Positions 49,847-61,372 of a stretch of DNA of 61,835 nucleotides are shown here, in pieces. This DNA is from Gekko japonicus (Eukaryota). The notes under the pieces are model-generated. The model made no database searches. It was given only the letters and a program-made list of their open reading frames with translations, and was not told where the DNA came from. The position numbers were made by a program, and so were the translations under genes. How positions within the stretch are numbered: the stretch's first letter is position 1; each line of letters begins with the position of its first letter. Location: the NCBI RefSeq assembly GCF_001447785.1, contig NW_015175991.1:315028-376862 (forward strand), read 5' to 3'.

Positions 49847-50802
49847 CTAGGGATTCAAACTGTCGGTGGGCGGCGCCTCCAGAATACCAAGATAGAATAT
49901 TTAGTTACTGAACATTTATGTTATCCTCATGAAATATTGAAGAGGTGCACAACAACATTGCAACAGTCAGAAATCTTCAGTCTGATTCAGGCATGAAGAA
50001 ACTTTTGATACTAGAAACTGAGGAGTCTGACGTTTCAGATTGATGCACTTACAGCCAGACATCTAAATATTCTGCAGTAAACAGGGACTTTTAGAATACA
50101 CTGCAAGATTTGTGACTGTTAATCTCTAGAAAATTTCATTCTGAAGCAGATGGAAAAAGTGCCTATGGCACAGTATTTACCATCTCATAGCTTTATGGGA
50201 GACAGAAAGAGGAGAAAAGTGAAACCATTCCTTGTGGGGATTCCTAAACACTTCCATTCCCTGCAGCTTCTTCAGAGGTTAACAAATCATTTCTTCCACC
50301 AACTCTCTCTTCTTCAGCTGAGCCAAGAACTTCCTTCCCCAGTCTTAGGAATTAGCTAATCCTAGAAGATTAATTACCAAGTTTCAAACAGCCTAAGAGA
50401 AAGTTTGGTTAAATAGCTCATTCCAGTTTTTGTTATTAGGCTAGGCTTCTCTACTTTACATGTGAACCTTCATTGTTTCATGTGCAAAAAGACCCCCAAA
50501 CTCTGTGGAACATGCCTTGAGGTCTGTTGGTACCAAATGCGCATAAATGCTTTGGCCAAAGACATGTCTGAGTTCCTTGAACAAGATCAGTTTCAAGGCT
50601 ACTGAGCCAGAGCTCAGATCCTTTGGCATAAATTATACAATTATTTGATGTCCAGAGCACTTATTATCCTAGAAGAACCCATCTTATACCGCAGCTCAGA
50701 AGTACCCAGTTCTAAAGGTAATGATTTCCCTTCTTTGGTCTGTGTACTGCTCAGAAATGCATGTTCCTGTTTCCAAAAAATGATCCTGCAGACAATGTCT
50801 TC

Positions 50803-50889
50803 TCAGTGGGAGAGTGCCAAGGACTGCAGAAGATGAAAGGTAGCACCTAGAGCCCAGCCTGTCTCTATGTTGTTCACCTTCTTTGCCAG
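50803..50889 (-). CDS. ENTPD5: ENTPD5 last coding exon ([28 protein letters not shown])
   Basis: Apyrase conserved region 5 (WALG); 87 nt; TGA 50803-50805. Confidence 0.95.
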   Translation of the reverse strand: MAKKVNNIETGWALGATFHLLQSLALSH

Positions 50890-50965
50890 CTGTAAAAAGG
50901 GAAAGGAATGAGATCAGTTTTTCTTAATTCAAGCAAGATTGTCAATACTAATCCCAACAGCTGCA

Positions 50966-51614
50966 CAGGGCCGGCTCACCCGCTAGGCGAACTAGGGATT
51001 CACCTAGATCGTGAGCCGGCCCTTAGGGTGCCAAACTGCTCTCCAGCATGGCGCTGTCTCGTCGCTCAGCCCCCCTCCCTGCTCCGGTCGAGGTCGGCGC
51101 GAGCTCGCACCATCGGCGGGCGGTGCTTCCTCCTCGCCCCACCACCCCATGCCCGGGATGGAGCAGCCATGGTGGCGGAGGAGGGCCGGGGAGTTGCGCT
51201 TTCTTTCAGGGCGCTGTCTTGCTGCTCAGCGCCCCCCGGCTCCGGCCGACATCGGCGTGGACTCGCACTGTCGGTGGGCGGCGCCTCCTCCTTGCCCCAC
51301 CACGTCCTTTCTGCAGGCTGCAGCTGGCACTGAACTGTGTCTCCCCACCACTGCCGCCGGGCCTGGGACCACCACCGGTGGCGGTGGCTCTCCTGCAGGG
51401 CGCTGGTGGTGATGGAGGAGGAGGACCAGGGAGCTGCGCTCTTAAAACTCTTCAATACCCCCCGCTCTGGGCGACGCTCGTCTGCAGGGGTGATGGCAGC
51501 GCCCTCCCCTCCCCCCCGGTCTCCAGGCCCCACTGGGAGGTTGGCATCGCCTGGGGGTGCGGGCGCCCCAAGCTGGCCTTGCCTAGGGCTCAGTAACACC
51601 TCAGGCCGGCCCTG
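50966..51614. mobile_element. CpG-rich hAT-type MITE with perfect 8-bp TSD
   Basis: TIRs CAGGGCCGGC / GCCGGCCCTG; TSD CAGCTGCA at 50958-50965 and 51615-51622. Confidence 0.9.
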
Positions 51615-52373
51615 CAGCTGCAACAGAAACATCTGTACAACTCATTCCTAAGCTGCAAGTGTACTATTTTATTTTGTATTAACCTCACTGATACTCTGCC
51701 TTTCTTGGCTGACATTGAAGGTGGATTACAAAATACAACAATCAACTCACAGTAACAGCAAAGACCAATAAACAATGCAGTAGGCCAACAGGAAACTGTC
51801 TTAAGGCATAACATACCACAATGGAGAAAGGGGGTTACATTGGAAGAAGACAATGTTGTGAAAGGAAGGCTGTGCATAAACATTGCACTAGACAACCAAT
51901 CCTATCTCCTTATAAAAGCAACCTCCTGACCTGTCCCACTATACTTCAGTTATAATCCCTTTATAAAAATCTGTTTTTTATCTCTTCTTTAGGAGAAAGC
52001 TGACCCAGTTGCGAGTAAGTACATGTTAAGATGCAGAACTCAAACAAAAAAGCCTCTCCACGACACATATGTCTACATTTTGCAGCACTTAAGCTCAATC
52101 ATACTTAAAGAATGTTAATTACAAGAACCACTGCTTAGTGAAGATAAACATTGCCTACTATCGAGAATTTATTAGTAATAACAAAAAAAACTGCACTGAA
52201 AACCCTGGGATACAGATATATAAATTTGAGTTATGTAAGACACTTTTAAAAGAGCATCAGGAACTGTTGCTAGCATGTGGTCTGCAGCAGCAATAGTTCC
52301 AGGAACTAGCCACTAAATATAGCCTGCCCCACCCCCACTCTAACCAAAGCTTCCTCCATCCAATTTTGCTCAC

Positions 52374-52489
52374 CTGTAAAATTGTGCTGTCTCCAAATCC
52401 AAAACCTTCTTTTAACAAGGCTGTTATATAACAGAGATCCATACACAGAAAGGGGCTGGCAGAGCTGTACCTCTCCAGGTTATCACACA
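52374..52489 (-). CDS. ENTPD5: ENTPD5 exon (VCDNLE...[20 protein letters not shown]...LQ)
   Basis: 116 nt, AG/GT. Confidence 0.95.
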
Positions 52490-53199
52490 CTATGGCAAAG
52501 TTAAGAAGAGAACTTCTATTAGTATTACAATAGATGTGAACATCATATACATCTAGCCTTCTCCCATGCACAATGGGGACTGCTGCAATCATAGTGCTTG
52601 TTGGCTATGGAGGGATCAGGAATGAGCAATAGGATCATGGGCTCCTTTCCCCCTATCACCTCCTGTGTATGGATGGATTTCAAATGCTGGTGGAATAGCA
52701 CACACTAAAGAGAGCTAATCTTGACTAACCTCCGTGTTGAGGTTATGATGAACAATGGTTAAAAATGGCTGGGAAATGGTGGCAAGGGAGGGGACCATGA
52801 CCTCACAGCCACGATGGAAGATCAGCTACTATTACATCTATGCTACCCCTAACAAAGAAACCTTAAGGGCTTGTTCCACCCTCTGCTTTTTGGAATGATT
52901 AAAATGCATCATCCATGCAGCTGGTGGAGATATCCTTGTGTTTATGATGCCAGTAATCTGCAGACAATTCATCATTAAAAACTTTGTACTACAGTCTAAT
53001 TATTCAAGTAGCTCTATACTTTCAGACCATTCCTCATCCCTGAAGCATAAATAAACATTAAAGCTTAAAAGTTAGTCCTACTATAGAGAACAAGTTAATA
53101 AGTGAGAAATATCCCTTATTGGAAAACATATGTATGAACCTGTATGAACTTTATGAAACCGTGCAGGGCATGGTTTCAAAAGCGGTATAGCTGTTCGTT

Positions 53200-53580
53200 A
53201 TAGCCGAGTGCCGAATAATAGATTCTTTTGAATTATGGTGCTGGAAAAGACTCTTGAGAGTCCTTTGGACTGCAAGGAGATCAAATCAGTCAATCCTAAA
53301 AGAAATCAACCCTAACTGTTCCCTGATACTGAAGCTCAAATACTTTGGCCACCAAATGAGAAGGAAGCACTCACTGGAGAAGACCCTGATGCTGGGAAAG
53401 ATTGAAGGTCAAAGAAGACGGGGACGGCAAAGGATGAGATGGTTAGACAGTGTTATTGATGCAACGAACATGACATTGAGCAAACTCCGGAGCACGATGG
53501 AAGACAGGAGGGCCTGGCGTGATGTGGTCCATGGGGTCGCGAAGAGCTGGACTCGACTGTGCGACTGAACAACAACAACA
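53200..53580 (+). mobile_element. BovB (RTE) LINE 3' fragment
   Basis: ORF end LRVLWTARRSNQSILKEI...YFGHQMRR..SLEKTLMLGKIEGQRRRGRQRMRWLD...VHGVAKSWTRL; (CAA)n tail. Confidence 0.92.
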
Positions 53581-53629
53581 GAACCATTTGGATCCCTAGC
53601 TCTAATTTCCATTTTTTTTCCCCCTTTAC

Positions 53630-53686
53630 CTTCTTTGGCTTTTCTTTGAAAGTCTTGCACTTCTAGAATGCCCCCTTTTTCATAAT
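53630..53686 (-). CDS. ENTPD5: ENTPD5 exon (DYEKGGILEVQDFQRKAKE)
   Basis: 57 nt, AG/GT. Confidence 0.94.
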
Positions 53687-54976
53687 CTGAAATATCAAAA
53701 AATAACTATCATAGTATGGCTAAGGAAATATATTGTAAAAGACTAACAAAGCATAACTTTGGGTAAGCAGAGGAGTTTACAATATGAGGTATATATGAGA
53801 CTTCTAGATAAGGAATCACCAGCATTTTTTTGTTAGCTTGATTAAAAGGATTAAAGCGGTGTGGGATTGGAGAAGATTATGTAGAATCCCCGGTTCAGAA
53901 CAAAGAAATTTACTTTGATAACTTAGGTTTTATCACCAAAACTCAAAGAACTGAATTAAAGTAAAAGAAATAAAGCAGAAATTGGTTCTAGCATCAAATA
54001 ATTTGCCAAGCTAATACATCTGCTAGTAGAAGATCCACAGCAAAAGGCAGTGGCTGGAATTGGAAACCACAGTCTCCTGTCCTTGTATTTGGGGTATATA
54101 GCTTCTCCAAGCTAGAGATAAGCAAATTCTCCTCACTCAGTTTCATTATTGTTTCTCTCATTATCTGCATCCAAGTGTTCTACTCCCCTAGCCTTCCATT
54201 TGTTAGAATCTTCTGTTCAGTGTTTCAACAAAATATATTTGATTTGAATACATATTTTACTTTGCTGTTTCATATGGTTTGCCATATGAATCTGACTGAA
54301 TAAATGGTGGAGTCATACATGGAGTCTACAACATGGAAAGCACAAATGCTGCCTCTCAAGCTCTACTGCTGCTGCCCTGGCTACACAGCCTATAAGCTCC
54401 TCTGTGTTGCCACGTCACATTGAGAGAGAAATAAATAACCAAATATATATTAAATAATCATTTTATCATTAATGAAATTAGGGGAGCAAAAAATAAGTCA
54501 CAGTTAGGTCCATTTCAATGTGCTGTGTCAGTAAGTGGACAGAATTTCATAAGCATCCTAGATTGAAGACACTTAACGAAAGACAGGGATGTATTTTTAT
54601 AAAGATGCTTTATAAGCCAGAGCCTACCAAAATGGATGAAAGACTGATTTTAATGGTTGTGGATTACATTCTGAGTTTGTATAACTGATTCAAGGTACAG
54701 AAATTGGAACCCTTAGAGTCCCCTTGCTTAGTTGGGCTTCATTTCAGGCAGGTATTGTATTTTGTAAATTTGTCTCTCATTCCAGGTCCTGTTTTTTAAT
54801 AATATCACATTACAAAGGCCTGCTTAAAGTTGCTGGATGAGGTAGATTTAAGGAAGAATCCAACAGCAGACCCTTACACACAGCATGACCTTTAAGTCCC
54901 TTCTGGAACTAAAAGGGAGATAATTTTCTACAAATGTCATTCAGCTCAGACAAGATTTCAAACAGTTGCTGTTCAC

Positions 54977-55117
54977 CTATAAGGTCAGTGTCCACAGCCC
55001 GATCATAGAAATAGGAAAAGGCATAGAAGGAGTTTCTGCGAATCTCATCTGGTTGGTGCAGTTTCCCTTGTACAACCTTCAGGACTTCAGAATAACACGA
55101 TTCAAATCCTGTTTCCC
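54977..55117 (-). CDS. ENTPD5: ENTPD5 exon (GETGFESCYSEV...FYAFSYFYDRAVDTDLI)
   Basis: 141 nt, AG/GT, FYAFSY motif. Confidence 0.95.
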
Positions 55118-55837
55118 CTGCTGGATAAACACACAAATTTAAGCAGGGCATGAGCCATGAACAGACACAGCAGAAGCTATGAAAATGAAGAGGGAAACAG
55201 CAAGAAAATGCAACAGTGGAGATTTGGATGGCTGTCCTCAAGATAACCCTCCCCCAACATTTCAGCCTTCCAGTCGTGAACTCTTGTCCTTTGGAGAGAG
55301 CAAAACTGACTCCTGGCTGCAGCAGAAAGGAAATGGCAGTCTTCCTGGACCTTGCCACTGTGACCTCACTACAGCTGCCATGCTTAGAAATCTCTTGCTC
55401 TCCATCCCTATTCTGAAAACATCCTTCTGAGAGTCAAATTAGACATCAACTGGGAGAACTGCTATTAGGATTTCCCACTTTTTAAAAAGGCTAAGAACAG
55501 CCATAGAGGCACCCACTGAGATGGGGAAAGAATCCTCCCCCACCCATGCAGTGTTCCCAAAATAGATCCCCCAATATGTTATTTGCTCTCCCTATAGAGA
55601 AAATCTTATAGGCACCTACCTATATGGTAACTAAATAAAACAGGAGCCCAGAGGGGCTGCAACAATTTGTTCCAGCATAAGCTTTTATGAGTCAGAGCTC
55701 ACTTCATGAGACCTGACTCATGAAAGTGAGTTCTGATTCAAGAAAGTTTATGCTAGAATAAATTTTTGTTAGTCTTTAAGGTGTCACCTTGATTTATACT
55801 GTGTCATCTCACAGCCTTTATGAGAGGCTCCAGAGCC

Positions 55838-56930
55838 ACGAACACATGAAGCTGCCATATAATGAGTCAGACGACTGGCCTATCAAGGTCATTGTTGTCT
55901 GCTCTGACTGGCAGCAGCTCTCCTGGAACTCAGGCAGAGGTATTTCACCTCACTGGCTGCCTGACCCTGGGTTCCATCTTCCTCCCTATGCTGTCTTAAC
56001 ATCTACATGAAACTGCTGGGAGAGACCATGCATGGGTTTGGACTGAGTTGCCGCCACTAATATATGGATGACACCCAGTTCTATTTCTCCTTAACAGCTA
56101 TTTTAGGTGGGTCTATGGAAGTCCTGAACCAGTACCAGGAGAAGGTAAAGTCCTAAATTGTTTTGGGTCCAGGTATTTGGTGTAGTCGTTAAGTGCACAG
56201 AATGTAATCTGGGAGAACCGGGTTTGATTCCCCACTCCTCCACCTGCAGCTGCTGGAGGACCTTGGGTAATCCATAATTCTGTCAGAGCTGTTCTCTCAA
56301 AGCTCTCTCAGCCCCACCTACCTCACAGGGCATCTATTGTGGGAAGGGGAAGGGAAACGAGATTGTAAGCCGCTCTGAGACTCCAAGTGAAGGGCGAGGT
56401 ATAAATCTGATCTCTTCTATTTGAAGAACCACCTCCTCCCATACTGTCCAGCCTTCCAGTTACGATCTGTCTCTCAAGCCCTGCTCTCTGTGCCCCCCAC
56501 CTTCAGAGGTGAAACAAATAGAAACCAGAGATGGGGCTTTTAGTAGGGGCACTTCACTTGTGGAATGCCCTTCCCCTTGAGGCTCACCTGATACCTACTA
56601 CTCTGTCTTTTAGGTGCCAAGACGAAACATTTCTTTCCTCCAGGCTTTTAATAACGATTATTCTCTTTTAACTTATGCTTCTTGCCTGTGGTCTGTTTAT
56701 GGATACTTTTGCTTATTGTTTTTTAAATGTTGTTTTTATGCCAATTGCTTGATTTTAATATTTTATACATTCCTTGTTTTCACTTGTAAGCTGCCTGAAA
56801 CAAGTTTCTGGAAAGGCAGAATACGCATTTGCTAAATAGATAGATAAATCCTTTTAACTGGAAATGCCATATCTTGAACTCGGGACCTTCTACATGCAAA
56901 ACAGATGCTTCACCACTGAGCCATGACCCC
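55838..56930. mobile_element. Nested repeats: CR1-tailed tRNA SINE (-) split by L2 (+, 55965-56848), which contains a Squam3-like SINE (+, ~56177-56420)
   Basis: SINE tail 55838-55964 and head 56849-56930 rejoin as CCTGA|TCCTTTTAACTGG; L2 RT remnant YMDDTQFY and AF...L..WNALP end. Confidence 0.75.
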
Positions 56931-57002
56931 ACCCGCAAGAAAGATGCAATTCTAAGACAAATAAAGTACCATCAGTTTCTTGTTAATATACTTCCACTTT
57001 AC

Positions 57003-57104
57003 CTTGTCTGTTGCCCCCATACTGATATTTCACTCCCCCGAAGTGCCACTCTGCTTCCAGCTGTTTTGGCAAACAGGAACTTCGGAATGTCTGCCCATCT
57101 GCTC
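57003..57104 (-). CDS. ENTPD5: ENTPD5 exon ([34 protein letters not shown])
   Basis: 102 nt, AG/GT; further upstream exons not found in the window. Confidence 0.94.
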
Positions 57105-58859
57105 CTGAAGAGAATTAGATAGGAAAAATCAGGATGACTCGTGCTTTCTAATTCCCTTGTAATAGCAGGAAAAATAAGTTGGTGAGAATTGAAACTCCAC
57201 TCTATTTTCAGAAGAAAATGTAGATTTTGCTGCTTTCTTAAGAATGGTTTAGGATGCTAAATTCATTAGACTCCACCTAGGTTAAGGGCCCTAGCCTTGT
57301 TTGTGTAGGGGAGAAGCATCAGTGGGATTCAGTCTGAGAAATACTACTTTTGGCCCAAAACCAGATTGAAAGTGCTCAAATGGGCAGGAATTGACAACAC
57401 AGGATGGACAGCCTGGAACCTAGGCAGCTGGAGCAGGGCAAATTCACTCTATATTATGGTAGCCCAATGGTAGGGAGGGGAACATGGTAAAGTAGTGGTA
57501 TGTGAGGCTCAAGAGGGCCTTGAAATTCACATGGAAGAAATCTTTACAAGAAGGTTGGGAACCCCAGCCATAATAGCTCAACAATGTATTAATGTGGTTC
57601 TGAACTGCATCCGCTGAAATTATGTTTTTTATATACTCCAGCACAGGAGCAGTCTTACCACTCCTACAATTTGAGGGGGATCAAAAACTTACATTTACCC
57701 TTTGGAAAGGAGATTATAAGCAAACAGCACAAGTTTTCAGCTAGGCCTTTGCAATATAAGCAAAGTAATCACAACCTAAACTCACTTTCACTCAGGTTTG
57801 GTTTTAATAAGTAATTACATATTACACAGGGCAACTACAACTGTTTTTCAAAGCTAAGCTAAATCTAGACTTTCAGATCTTACTCAACAGGGTTACATCC
57901 TTCCAGATCAACTGAAGTCAATGTATTTAGAACGGTGCAACTTCACTTAGGACTGTCCTAAGTGTCTTTCAGACTGGCATTTTACATCTTGGATTCTGTC
58001 TGAGCTGGTTTGCATATCTACAGAGAGTACCAAATTACCTGCCTCGGAATCTCTTTAGAGAAAAACTATACATCAAGAAGACTATGGAGGAAGTTCCATG
58101 GCATGCAGATAGCCTGTTAGAGCAGTGGTTCCCAAAGTGGGTGGTACTGTCCCCTGGGAGCACTGGAAGTGTGCTCCTTCTACTGCATTATTCACTTATT
58201 TACAATTCACGCAAATGGCACTCCATTTCCTCCTCTGCATAGCAGTGAAATCTGGTGGAAACTATTGGAATTTTTAGTCAATACACCACCAGAGCAGACC
58301 AGTATGCCGCGTTCTGAGAAGCTGTCATTACTGCATGTGTTTTTGTCTTTCAAGTTTTTGCTGTTAAGTTCTTAACATAACAGTATTGAGTGTGGTACTT
58401 ATTTTCCTATTTTCTTGGTTACTGAACCTATTGATTATGAAGTGCACCTTTATTTATTTATTTATTTTTCAAATTTATATCCCACCCTCCCCCGTAGGGC
58501 TATATGTGTTATTTTTGTCATAGCCTGCCCAGTATTAATATTTCTAGATTATATATGTATAATCCTGTGGGTCATCCTTTGATTCCCCATCGCTCTTCAT
58601 TGAATTAAACCCTACTTCTTTTTTAAGTTCCATTTGTGTATGGTTATAAGTGATTGGAGGGTCTGGGAGTTGTCTGAATTTTTCTTTTTTGCCCACGGAA
58701 CATCCCTCCTGTTACGAAGTGGAGGCCCATGCACTGGAGGCATTGTTGCTGCTGCTATCGTATCCCCCCCTCCATTAACAAAGCCAGGTCCCATAATTTC
58801 TTCTGTAAACTAAGGCTGGTGGGGGTAGAAGGAAAAATTTGGGTAATTGAGGGGGAAAA

Positions 58860-59491
58860 TCTCTCCCTTATATATAATTGAGTAAGACGCAGCGTCACGC
58901 AGCGGAGAGAAAAGGTGCACTGACAGTGTTTGGAAGGTTGAACTGTCCGTCAGAAGCTTCCCCAGCTTCCATTGGCCGTGTCGCCTAAGTCCCACCTCAG
59001 AACACAAAGGCTGCGTCACGCAGCGGAGAGAAAAGGTGCACTGACAGTGTTTGGAAGGTTGAACTGTCCGTCAGAAGCTTCCCCAGCTTCCATTGGCCGT
59101 GTCGCCTAAGTCCCACCTCAGAACACACAGGCTGTAGCCTTGCCTCTGCACCCGGTCCCCAGACGTCACACCACTGCTGACAACCACCTGGTGGTGGGTG
59201 AGTGGAACCAGGGAGCACTTGAAGAGCAGCAGTGGCAGCAATAAGCTGCTCGGCGCCGCCCAACTCNNNNNNNNNNNNNNNNNNNNNNNNNNNNNNNNNN
59301 NNNNNNNNNNCGGTCTGGCTTACTGATTGTCTATGTCTCTCTCCCCCTCACCTCCCTCCCCCCTCTCTCCCCCTCTCTCCCTCCCTCTCTTTCTCCAAAC
59401 CCCTCTATCTATCCATCTACCTATCTACCACCCACCCACCCTACCTTTCTAGGGCCTATTGTCTTCGTCCACAATGGGCTTTGCTCCCTAG
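58860..59491 (+). mobile_element. Non-autonomous Helitron with internal 121-bp-period tandem repeat
   Basis: A|TC 5' end; 3' hairpin GCCTATTGT/ACAATGGGC then CTAG|T; no TSD; copies at 58892-59006 and 59013-59127; spans gap 59267-59310. Confidence 0.65.
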
Positions 59492-60212
59492 TCAGGATAT
59501 AAACAATAAAAATTCTGGTAATAAGAGGAAAATTATGGGTAAAATAATTTTAAACAAATCTTTATAAAGAAACTACAACTCATCTTTTTCAGAATTGCTA
59601 ATAAATTGAAATAAAAAAACAATAAAATATTGAAGGAGGCAAAATTAAACCATCTTCTTTATTCCTTTAAGTTCAAGCCATTATTTTTCCTAGTTATTTT
59701 TTGGTTTTCAAGGACCATTTACTTCCCCCAAAGTAACAGTATTAACCCTTGGTAAAATACCTTCCGTTCTAAAAGTTCATAATGTGTGGATGCACTTTTT
59801 CCCTTTATCAAATTTTCACAACTGCTTATTACATCATAAAAAGTTCCATAAAGGCTGCCTTATTGCAATTATAACATATTTCTTTACTATGTCCTTGATT
59901 TTAATTCTACAAAGGCATCAACACTTCATCGCTTATAACAGCATCATTTATCTTCAATCAAGACAAATTATTATTTTAACATTGTTTTAATGCTGTGGGA
60001 CTTAGAAATTATTGCCAATTAGATTAATTATCTTTTAACTGTTTTAATTTTTATTTATATGATTATTTTAAACTGTCTGGATATTTTCTACTGATGTTAT
60101 CCACCCTGAGCTTGCTTGCGGGAAGGGTGGGATATAAATTGAACAAAAAATCAATCAATAGAATTAATATTCAACAAATTATCTGAACATTGTATAGAAT
60201 TGTAATCAGAAG

Positions 60213-60416
60213 CAGTGTTCCCTCTAAGGTGAGTTAGTGTGAGCTATCTCACGGTTTTTTAGCCTCCAGCTCACATGTTTGCCTTAGCTCAGGAAGGATG
60301 GCTCCAGAGCAGACTAATTTATGCAATAGCCAAATCACTCGCTCACAACTTTAATGCCAGTAGCTCAGAAAGTAGACGTTTTGCTCACAGGACTACACAC
60401 CTTAGAGGGAACATTG
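60213..60416. mobile_element. hAT-type MITE with perfect 8-bp TSD
   Basis: TIRs CAGTGTTCCCTCTAAG / CTTAGAGGGAACATTG; TSD ATCAGAAG at 60205-60212 and 60417-60424. Confidence 0.92.
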
Positions 60417-60589
60417 ATCAGAAGTATTATAAAAGATCATATTTTCTGTCACAGAGTCATTTACAATGCCTACAGAATGTTTGTAAAATGGCATCAAATT
60501 CATTACTTCCCACAAGCCATATTTTTATTTTAAATCCCTGTTGAATCTTTCCAAACAATTATTCTTTGATGGTGAAAAGGCACTGCAGC

Positions 60590-60720
60590 CCTCATACCAA
60601 TTAAAATTTTATATAAATAATTATTCTTAATAAACTCAAGTTTTGAAAAGTTCTTTTCTAATGAAGCAATGAAACCTTCCAGACTGACTGAACCTGTGAA
60701 AGAAGGCACACAGGGCAGAC
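60590..60720 (-). mobile_element. hAT transposase C-terminal dimerisation-domain remnant
   Basis: ASLEKNFSKLEFIKNNYL resembles the hATC consensus ASAERSFSKLKLIKNYL. Confidence 0.55.
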
Positions 60721-60799
60721 AAGAACTTAATTTTCTTCCAATCACTTTATTACAAATTTCAAAAGCAGCCAACACTATCAAGCATGTCTTGCAATGCCT

Positions 60800-60911
60800 T
60801 ACAACAAAACATTGATGGTTCATGTGCATCTTACACATTTCACTGTTGATTGCTAAGTCTGGAAAATCACATCCCATTGGTGAAGAACTCATTCTACCAG
60901 CAGTTAGTGAG
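60800..60911 (+). mobile_element. Buster/Charlie (SPIN-like) hAT transposase fragment
   Basis: ASY-(frameshift)-ISLLIAKSGKSHPIGEELILPAVSE. Confidence 0.7.
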
Positions 60912-61372
60912 CTTCTGGTACGTAGATGATACCTTTATCATTTGGAGCCATGGTGAAGCAGAACTGATGGAGTTTTTAGACCACCTCAACAACATCCACC
61001 CGAACATACAATTCACCATGGAAAAAGAAATCAAGGGTAAACTCCCATTTCTAGATATCATGGTCATCCGCAAAGCTAACCTTCAATTAGGTCACAAGGT
61101 CTACAGAAAACCAACTCACACAGATCGTTATTTACACAAAAACTCCAAACACCACCCTCGGCAAAAAAGAGGCATAATCAAAACATTAGTCGACTGTGCA
61201 AGATGGATATGTGAACAATGAACTAAATCATCTAAACCACTCACTTCAAGCAAGTGGCTACTCCTTTTGTCGTACATCAAAGGAATCAATGCTCAGATGG
61301 GAAAACTTATGAAAAAACACAACCTACAAACAGTATTCAGGCCCACCAGAAAAAATACAACAGATGCAACCC
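60912..61372 (+). mobile_element. Penelope-like element RT fragment
   Basis: WYVDDTFIIW...HLNNIHPNIQFTMEKE..GKLPFLD...VYRKPTHTDRYL; its 3' part matches the reverse complement of 2840-2890. Confidence 0.9.

Noticed and set aside
50908-51651. Cluster of overlapping 100-188 aa ORFs on both strands
   Set aside because: They result from the stop-poor, GC-rich MITE bounded by TIRs and a TSD; no recognisable domain
58892-59127. Direct repeats as a possible CRISPR-like array (also 33939-34081, 49673-49846, 31130-31165)
   Set aside because: Only two units each, no repeat-spacer series, no cas genes, vertebrate context
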